A program made the position numbers and the translations under genes. A stretch of DNA of 64,000 nucleotides from Moniliella sp. 'wahieum' (Eukaryota): NCBI GenBank assembly GCA_003971905.1, contig RSEE01000097.1, positions 124,001 through 188,000 on the forward strand, read 5' to 3'. A model generated the notes under the pieces. It was not told the origin of the DNA. It made no database searches and saw only the letters and a program-made list of their open reading frames with translations. Positions within the stretch are counted from its first letter, which is position 1, and each line of letters starts with the position of its first letter. Below are positions 56,300 to 64,000 of this stretch, piece by piece.

Positions 56300-56948
56300 A
56301 TGGTACGTCCGGTGGTCTTGGTGCTATGCACTCAGACTCAGGCCCAACTGGGTGGTAGCCGCTTGGTCCCCCCCGCTCCCCCCGCCCGATGGAACACTGA
56401 CGATTGACTCCACTCCCCCCTGCTGTGTTCTTCTTTGGGTACTGCCTGTGCTTCGCAGGCGCACGGAGAAGAGAAACAGGGATACAGGCCTTGGACGCCT
56501 CTTGGCGGAAAACAACCCAAGTGCGTACCCCCCCCCCCCTCCCGTACTTCTCTTCCCTCCCTCGTGCTCCGCGAGACTAACTTTTGCGTTCCCCAGCCCG
56601 GCACGGTGGAAGGTCAACACGGCGATCGGCATGGCCGGCCTCATCTTTATCAACTACTTTGCCTTCCGCATGGAGATGGGCGACCGGGTGGTACGTGTGT
56701 CCGTTTGGAGGTGGGGTGCTTTGAGTGTTGGGGTGCTTTGGGTGCTGCGACCTGGCAGAGAGATAGCGCGCGCGTGTGTGTGTTGCGATACTGACGCTCT
56801 TGTTTGTTCTTGGTAGACGTACCACCGTCTGCCTGTACGGTGGACGCCGTCGATGCTGTGGCACAAGCAGTTCACCTCGGGCGAGTACGAGGCGGATCGG
56901 TCGCTGTTTGAGCACCCGGCTGGCCACCATCAGGAGGAACACCATTAA
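56300..56948 (+). CDS. Small mitochondrial complex I accessory subunit (NUUM/NDUFB6-like); exons 56300-56302, 56459-56520, 56597-56690, 56817-56948
   Basis: Three canonical introns splice in frame to MAHGEEKQGYRPWTPLGGKQPNPARWKVNTAIGMAGLIFINYFAFRMEMGDRVTYHRLPVRWTPSMLWHKQF...; WxPxGG..PxxWKxNTAI and PSMLWxKQ motifs. Confidence 0.75.
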
Positions 56949-57476
56949 GCCTTCCAGTCGCGGTCGAGTACATGAACGTTGAACCCTGATCCTCCGAGCG
57001 TACTGATACGGAGTACTGCGTGTGCTGCGCTGGGAACGAAGTTGCCATAGCGCGAGACGCGGAGGATGACGAGACCCAGTTCGAGACACCAAAGTGCTGA
57101 TAAGGCCTAAAGGTTGGATCGACGCGGGAGACTAGAACGGTTGTGTGTGGTGGTGTGCTCCAGGGAAAAATAAGAACGACTCGACCCAGGCTGAGAGGAG
57201 CATACAACGGGCTAGCTAGCTACCGGGTTGGCTCGTAAATCTCAGTCCCAGGCAACTAACTGCCACGATGGGTGAGTGACTAGCCCCCCAAGCCAGTTGC
57301 TAAATTCCAAACGCCTCTTCCACACATGATGATTGTGCGTGCTTGGGAGATGGTTGTGTGAGGGGATGGTATCAGTGGTTGACGAGTACCAGGGTTTGAG
57401 TACCGCCTCGACGGAAAAGAGTAGGAAAGCAGAACAGGGGAAATTGGGGAATTTATGCCCGGGAAGAAAAAAAAAA

Positions 57477-57573
57477 CGTTCCATGTTGGGCTCGAACCAA
57501 CGACCTCCCGATGCCAAAGGGGCATAGGCCGTGTGTAACAGTCGGACGCTCTAGCCAACTGAGCTAATGGAAC
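57477..57573 (-). tRNA. tRNA-Asn(GTT) with 23-nt intron
   Basis: Exons identical to the 37090 copy; intron differs by a 2-nt indel and 1 substitution; T10 terminator. Confidence 0.95.
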
Positions 57574-57859
57574 AGGTGATTAGGTAGTTAGCCTATTAGG
57601 AAAAAGGCGGCTGACAAGCAAGCATTCATGCTGGTAGACATAGGTGGTTTATATTGAAGGCTGGCAATCAACGAGGGGACAACCACCTTCGTCTCCCCCC
57701 GTCTGCAGCATCCCTCGGGTGGCTTTGGTTGATGCGATTGCCCTCCACGATGCCCACTGCGCCCCCGCTGCCTCGGATGCCCACCACCGCCCTCCAGCTC
57801 GGCTCTCGCCTGTATGCTGCCGCTTAAACTCCGGCCGCCTCGCGGCCTTGGACCCTGGC

Positions 57860-59592
57860 ATGCCCATGCCCATCCCCCTCCCCACCACCAGCACCACTGC
57901 TCCCGTTTCCCTCGTGCCCCATGCTGAGGGCCATCCCTCGCCTCCTTCCCCGGCTCCTGTGCCCGCTCCCGCGTGCGGTGTCTCTGGCTCTGACCAAGTA
58001 ACGATCAAGCGGCTGGAGACCAATGTCAAGGACCTCGCCAAGCTTGTCCATACCCTCGACCACGGCATGACCACTGTTCTCTCCAAGCTCTTTTCCCTTG
58101 CCGATATGCAGGATGTCGTGCAGACCGTCCCGCCGACGATCAAAGAATCGGGTATGTATCCGTTTGTGCTCTGTCCTCTTGGGTGCCAACACAATGGTCG
58201 AAGAGGGGTGAAAAGGCTGACGACCTGAGGACGTGTTTTTGTATTTGGTGGCCTCTATCGGTCGGCATAACAGCGGACCAGCTGAGGGCTGAGCAGGCCA
58301 AGATGGCGCGTGCGATCGAGGGTCAGTTGGACAGCATCCAACAACACATGTTGATGCAACAAGACGCAAGCAAAAAACAGGTCCGTATATCCCCCCTCCC
58401 ACCTTCCCTTGCATTCCCTCCTCTCTTTGTCTTCCCCCAAAAAGCAACGTATGGAGAGGAAGCTGAGTCGCACCCCCCATTCCTTGCATACACCAGCCTA
58501 TGCCGGTCGCCGCGTGCCAAGTCACCGACCTTGCGACGCAAGTGGAAACCGTCCAAACTCACCTCCAAACCCTGCACACCAAGCTCGACACGCTGCTGCC
58601 CGCTTGTCTGCCCCCCAACCTGAATCCCTTACAACAAGCCGTCGATGGAATGGCGCAGTCTCTGGCGCTCGGCATTGCGAGTGTGAAAACGCATCTGGCA
58701 CAGCTCGACGATACCGTTGCCACCGAGGGGAGCAAGTGGAAAACGGGGTTAGAAGCAGTACTCAACGCCCAGGCGGATGCCGTGCAGGCGGTACAGAGGA
58801 TGCACCACACTCCTCTCCACGGCCACCAACGTGGTCTGGATAACGTACTTGACGCCGTGCATTCCCTGGCAGAAAAAGTTACGCTTCTCATGCCCTTGGC
58901 ACACTCGGGTCCACCTCCCCCTCCAGCCTCATGTACCACCAACCCTCCACTTGCTATTCCGACCACCCCCGTCCCCTTCCTACTCTTCATGCACACACAA
59001 TGTCGTCCGACCAGACCGTCATACCTCCCTCCCTCCCCGCCGAAGTCCCCGCCCACTCGCCCCGCCCACATCCACATCCACATCCACATCCAGACCCACG
59101 CCCACACCCTTCATCTTCCCTCGCCGGCACCCGTTCGCCCTGCGACCTATTTGCGGTGGTTCACCAGCGGGAACAAATCCAGGTCCAGGACGAGTCCCAG
59201 ACGGATGTGGAGGTGGAGATGGAGATGAATTGTACCTCGGTCCCCGTTCCCAACACGCTCGAGATGCGGGGCAAGTTGCGTCCCCGTTGCGCGCCCGCGG
59301 CAAACGGGATGGACATGCAGCCTGCCACCCACCTCGCACGCCCACGCCCCCCGCCCCTCCTCCCAACGGCAAGGCCAAGGGCGAACCGGGCGGGAAGGCC
59401 AAGGCCAAGCGCGAACCGGGGGGGAACGCCAAGATCAAACGCGACCCCGCTGGACACAGGAAAGTCAAACGCGAACGTGAACGCGAACGCGAGCCAGCTG
59501 GGCACGGCAAGGTCAAGCGCGACATACAGTGCCCGATCACAAGAGCCGAGCTTCGTCGCCCACTGCACAAGCGGCCGCCGCCGTCGTCGTAG
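57860..59592 (+). CDS. Hypothetical coiled-coil protein with basic C-terminal repeats (spliced; boundaries uncertain)
   Basis: Heptad segments KRLETNVKDLAKLV and VTDLATQVETVQTHLQTLH; donor-like GTATGT at ~58152 and GTCCGT at 58381. Confidence 0.5.
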
Positions 59593-59989
59593 GCGCACCC
59601 TGAGTACCACGGCCGGTCTGGGTCTGGGCAGGGCCTGCCCGCCATGCCAAGGAGCACAAGGCCACGCGAAGGCGGAAGGAGGCGGTAGCTTCAGCTCACT
59701 GTAACATGTAATGGCTTGTTGACGGTTCCCAATTCCAGGTACCCTGGTTGAGGGGGGTATGGGTCTAGACTATAAAATAGTATGGTACGGAAGGCACGGT
59801 GTTTCTTTTTGTTGGGGCGTGTTTTGTGTTCCCAGTTTTGCGGGCCAACATCTTACATGGATACCGCACCATGTGCACGATGAGCAGGCCACTATATGAT
59901 CCAAACTAGAGTCTGTGCCGCCAGGGATGCTAGGAAGGAAGAGAGATCTTTGGGCAGAGATCAAGGAGCGGATGCGGCAAGGTGGAAAC

Positions 59990-60290
59990 CTAACGGAAGA
60001 GAGAAGAGTGGCCGAGAGGCGAATGTGGTGAGACGCAGATTGAGCTTTAATTCGTGAGCCTTTTGGAGGCTGTCAGACACTGCTATGTGGGATAAGAAAG
60101 GGTCGGCACATCGTGCTTCGAAGTTATAGCTGAGCCCAAGAAGGGAGATAGATGTACGAAGGTGGGTTTGGCGGGGTGCCACTCAGTGACGATTTCCCGG
60201 CAGGCGTGGTCGTCGGTATATAAATACGTCGCTCTGGGATTTGTAAACCGGCGTACTAACTCGCTCAGATAGGCTCTTAACGCCACGGAT
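59990..60290 (-). mobile_element. Copia RNase H fragment (possible short LTR TGTTG..CAACA at 59717-59850)
   Basis: LRAYLSEL...ATYLYTDDHACREIV...LSYPT..SDSLQKA matches WLRxLLxEL..PTxIYxDN..YxPT..ADxLTKA. Confidence 0.6.
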
Positions 60291-60450
60291 CCTTGTAAAT
60301 CAATCTATTCGAAACGAATGATATAGACTACCTGTGCACACTCCAACAGCTGGTTTCCCAAAGGATATAATGGACATGCGGATGGACCAAGGTTGGGGTG
60401 CACCCAACACAGTTTTGGAAGAGAGAGGAATAGGAGCCAAGGACCTAAGC

Positions 60451-61625
60451 TTACTCGAAGACAGCCTTGAGCTTGCGCGGGCCGAGGAAAGCGTCGGCCT
60501 CCTCGCGGGTCTGGAACTGACCGTGACCGTGCTTGGACGAGGTGTCGATCCACTTGAGAGCGACGTTCTCGAGCGCAGCACGCGAGGTGTGGTGGGCCAT
60601 CGACTTACGGAGAGTCACCACGCGCTTCTTGGTGCCGGGGATAGAGCCCTTGAGTAGGACAAAGTCCGAGTTGACGATACCGTAGTGGGGGAAACCACCC
60701 ATGGGCGTGATGGCCTTCTTGGTAGCGTCAAACTCGGTCGAGCCCGAACCTTCCTCCGAGCCAGTCGCGATGCGGTAAATCTTCTTGTTCAGCTCGGTAC
60801 GGTGGTGGTACCCGTCCTGACCGGCACGCGCAACGGTGAAGCGCACGTTGGCCGGGTGCCAGGCACCAATGCAGGCAACCTTACGCAGACCACGGGGGTC
60901 TTGCGAGGAAGCTTCTTGACGCCCCAACGGGCCACCACACCCTCGTTACCGTGACCCTTGGTGATCGAGATAACGTCAACAATCTCGTTCTCGGCAAAGA
61001 CCGACTTGAGGTCGACCGTCTTCTCAAAGTGCTCCTTGGCAAAGTCGACCTTGTCGGAGATAGAGCCACCGTTGACCTGGATCTCCATCAGGTGCGCCTT
61101 CTTCTGCTTCAGGCCAGTCTTGGAGAGCTGGGTGTGGGCAAGCACACGGACGACCGTGCAGTACTTGCGGATGCGCTCCAGCTCCTTGCTGATCGAAGCA
61201 CCGCCATCCTCAGAGTACTTCTTGGCGTAGGTAGTGAACGCCTTGCGCTTGGAGCGGTACCAGTTCTTGTAGAAGCGACGCTTGACTTCCTCGGACAGGT
61301 GCTCGGCCCAGACGGTGGTCAGGGCACGGAGACCCTTGGGCGTCTCAATGTAACCAACGGCACCCACAACCACCAGAGGAGGCGCCTCGACGACGGTAGC
61401 CGACTCGACAATCTCCTTCTTGTGCATCTTGGACCCGGGGCGCTCGAGCTCACGCACAATGTGGGTCATGCCGGCCTTGTAGCCCAGGAAGGCGGTCAGG
61501 TGGACGGGCTTCTTAGGGTCGTCCTTGGGGAACGCACGCACGCGGCCGCGCGGGTGGGCGGCACGCTTGCGCGGCAGGAAGGCAGTGCTGCCGTGACGGG
61601 GGTGCTCGTACTTGCAGTGGGACAT
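60451..61625 (-). CDS. RPL3: 60S ribosomal protein L3 (uL3); one apparent frameshift ~60893
   Basis: [77 protein letters not shown]. Confidence 0.98.
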
Positions 61626-62479
61626 GGCGGTGGAGGGCGGCGTCGTCGAGTCGTCAGCCCGTCGTTTTCCGTAGTCAGCCGGCGGCTGGAAGCGGCGGCA
61701 GCAAAAGAAAACGCAGACGCAAAATGATAGGGTTGTCGCATTGCACCGTATGACCCCCTGCGGGGTTCTTTTTATTGCGGAGGGCCACCCGGGCGTCTAG
61801 TGCCAGTGCCGATATGCAGCTACAATCGCAGGTCAAACTTTCAGTGGGTTGCATCATCCACTTTAACCCCCGGCCGCGGCAGACCAATGGGCTCAGACGA
61901 GGGCCAACACGTCCCAACGCAACGCAGCACTTGTTAGTTCTCAGTAGCACCCCCGTTTGGGGCAGGGCAGCACTGCATGGTGCCAAGAACGATAGCAAGA
62001 TGAGATCCTAGCCATGTCCTCCATCCTCACCCACCCCGACGCCGGAGAGGGGTCGGGGTTTTGAGGAACGCCCTTACCCGGTGGGCTGTGACAGATGCGG
62101 ATGCGCAGCGCCACCCACTTCCCCCGACAGCACCCGCCTTGTTGTTCTCACGCCGACGGATGCGTGCTTGGAGCTCACCCACCTCCCTCCAATTGGGGTT
62201 ACTCTATTGCTACCGTTAATGCATTGCTCTCATTCTCCACCCATCCTAATCCAAGCTCAATCGGTATGGGCATATGCGCCGCTCCATGCCCCAGTCGAGC
62301 GAATTTGGCGCGGCACTGGAAATATGGAAAACCTACACTACATTTCCGCGTGGCTCGGCCGAAACATGTGGGAATAAGGGGATCGATCCCTTTATCCAGA
62401 ATGGCGGGATCGAATTGGATTTCGGGACCGAGTCCAAATCCACCCCCTTGCCTACGAAACCCACTCGACCCAGGCAGAT

Positions 62480-62800
62480 TTCGATGCTGGCTCTTGTACG
62501 AATACGTTATCTGTATCTCCAGCTCTTCCCGGGACCGTTGCACATCCGTCTTACCAACTGTGGCCACACATCTTGCACATCTTGTTTCGAAGATGGGATT
62601 ACCTTGTATGCACGCCAAGGGGACTTCCCAGCTGCACGTGCGTGTCCGACAATCGAGGGCGGTGCTGTGCACAAGGGACGGCATCCTCGCCCAATGAGAT
62701 ATGCAGCGACTGCTTCAACATGATGCGATTGAATTTGACGACGACGATGAGGTCGAAGCGGCTGTGTGGATGTGCCCCGGATCGGAGAAAAGCTTAGGCT
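62480..62800 (+). pseudogene. Possible degenerate RING (RBR-like RING1/IBR) fragment
   Basis: IC...RLTNCGHTSCTSCFEDGITLYARQGDFPAARACP, later VWMCP; frameshifted. Confidence 0.3.
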
Positions 62801-64000
62801 TATTCCCTTTTCTCCATCATTCACCACATCACATATACCCAACAGATCGCGTTATATCCGTCCTCTGGCCGACAAACCCACCTCTCTGTCACACCTTTGC
62901 ACACGAATGGACTATAGACGAACCTTCAGACGCGGATATAGGACGGTCATAGTGTTGTATAGGACCCGCAATGGACTATAACCGACACGATATATCTCCG
63001 TTGAGGGCGATTGCCAGTTTAGAGAAGGTGCATGACTTCACTATGGGGGTGATGATAGCTTCCCCAGACAGATACCATGTGTTTGACGGTGGTACTAGGT
63101 TAGTATCGTGAGTTATATTTGCGCCTGCACTTTCTTTGCGCTCTCTTCATCGACTTCATCTCTCACTGTCTTTGCTATCCTCTCTTCCTCTCCTTTTCCT
63201 GTCCATCTATCTTTTTGAGCCATTGACCACTTTCACCTGCACTCCCGGCATCTTGATCCCACTTAAATGCCAATCTGTCTACTATTTCCTTTCCCCCTTT
63301 TGCGGGTGTGTTCAGTTGTAGAATGGTATGGATGGTGGCTGTGAGAGTAGCAAAACGAGACGGCTATCATGATGCTTGGTCCTGCCTCTGCCTGTTCATC
63401 GCAATTATAGGTTGGCGCCTGAGGTGTTTTGAAAGGTGCAACATCCCCGGCTGCTGTGTATGTACGGGTGAGACTGAGGCAATGGATTGGTGATGCATGA
63501 TGGTCCTCGGCGGAAAGCAGGCGCGGAACGCGGACGCAGCAGTGGCCCTGGCGAATAATAAGGCCATCCCAGGCCATCCCAAGCCACGCCCCCGCCAGAC
63601 AGCGCCGAGGGACCACACCTCAATCCGGACGCTGGCACTGCTCCGGCTGAGCCAATGTCTGTCCCGCGCTTGGGTCTTGGCGTGCGCACCTTGAGCACCG
63701 CGCCTGCCCTCTGTGCTTCTGCCCCTCCCCCGCGTCCGCCCCTTCCTCTGTCTCTGTCTCTTCTTCCCTTCTTCTTCCTCTTCTTCCGCCGCTGCGGCTC
63801 CTGCCCCCACTCCTGCGCCCGGCGGCGACTCGGACCACAGCAAGGCCCATCCCTACACCCTCGCCGAATTCCGTGGCGCCATCGAGCTCGACCACAATGA
63901 CTTCCTATCCCGCCATCCCTTCTGGAGTGGCATGGCAGGTCTGCTGAGGCTGCGCCGAGTCCCCCACTCGTGGTACTACCGCGACTTGCTCCAACGGCTC

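Noticed and set aside
60880..60900. Programmed frameshift or pseudogenisation of RPL3
   Set aside because: Same small-deletion pattern as other genes; no slippery site or structure
63850..64000. Open frame running off the window end (PYTLAEFRGAIELDHNDFLSRHPFW…)
   Set aside because: Plausibly coding but truncated, with no clear start or family

Overview
GC-rich, intron-poor fungal DNA: a basidiomycete, probably Ustilaginomycotina (inferred from GTACGT/GTGAGT..CTGAC..YAG introns and intronless AAC and RPL3). Recognisable genes are aconitase, an RPAP1/Rba50-like protein, the ADP/ATP carrier, an SDR, NMNAT, MSH1, UTP18, a very large coiled-coil protein, a PTEN-like protein, a NIPA Mg2+ transporter, an AGC kinase, EMC2, a small 4-exon complex I subunit, RPL3 and two intron-containing tRNA-Asn(GTT). 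Almost every long gene has 1-2 bp frameshifts, most likely unpolished long-read errors. The standout is a ~7.4 kb Ty1/copia-type LTR element (37196-44629, minus strand) inserted in the terminator of a tRNA-Asn. It keeps a long gag-like frame but only eroded PR/IN/RT/RNase H motifs. Between IN and RT it carries an antisense, intronless, nearly intact, divergent Grr1-like F-box/LRR gene with its own TATA box and upstream minisatellite, making it a candidate non-autonomous retroelement carrying a ubiquitin-ligase adaptor. Also notable are a PTEN-like protein lacking the catalytic motifs and several TE relics (gypsy, copia, Tc1, MITE-like). All homology calls are by-eye motif recognition, not database searches.
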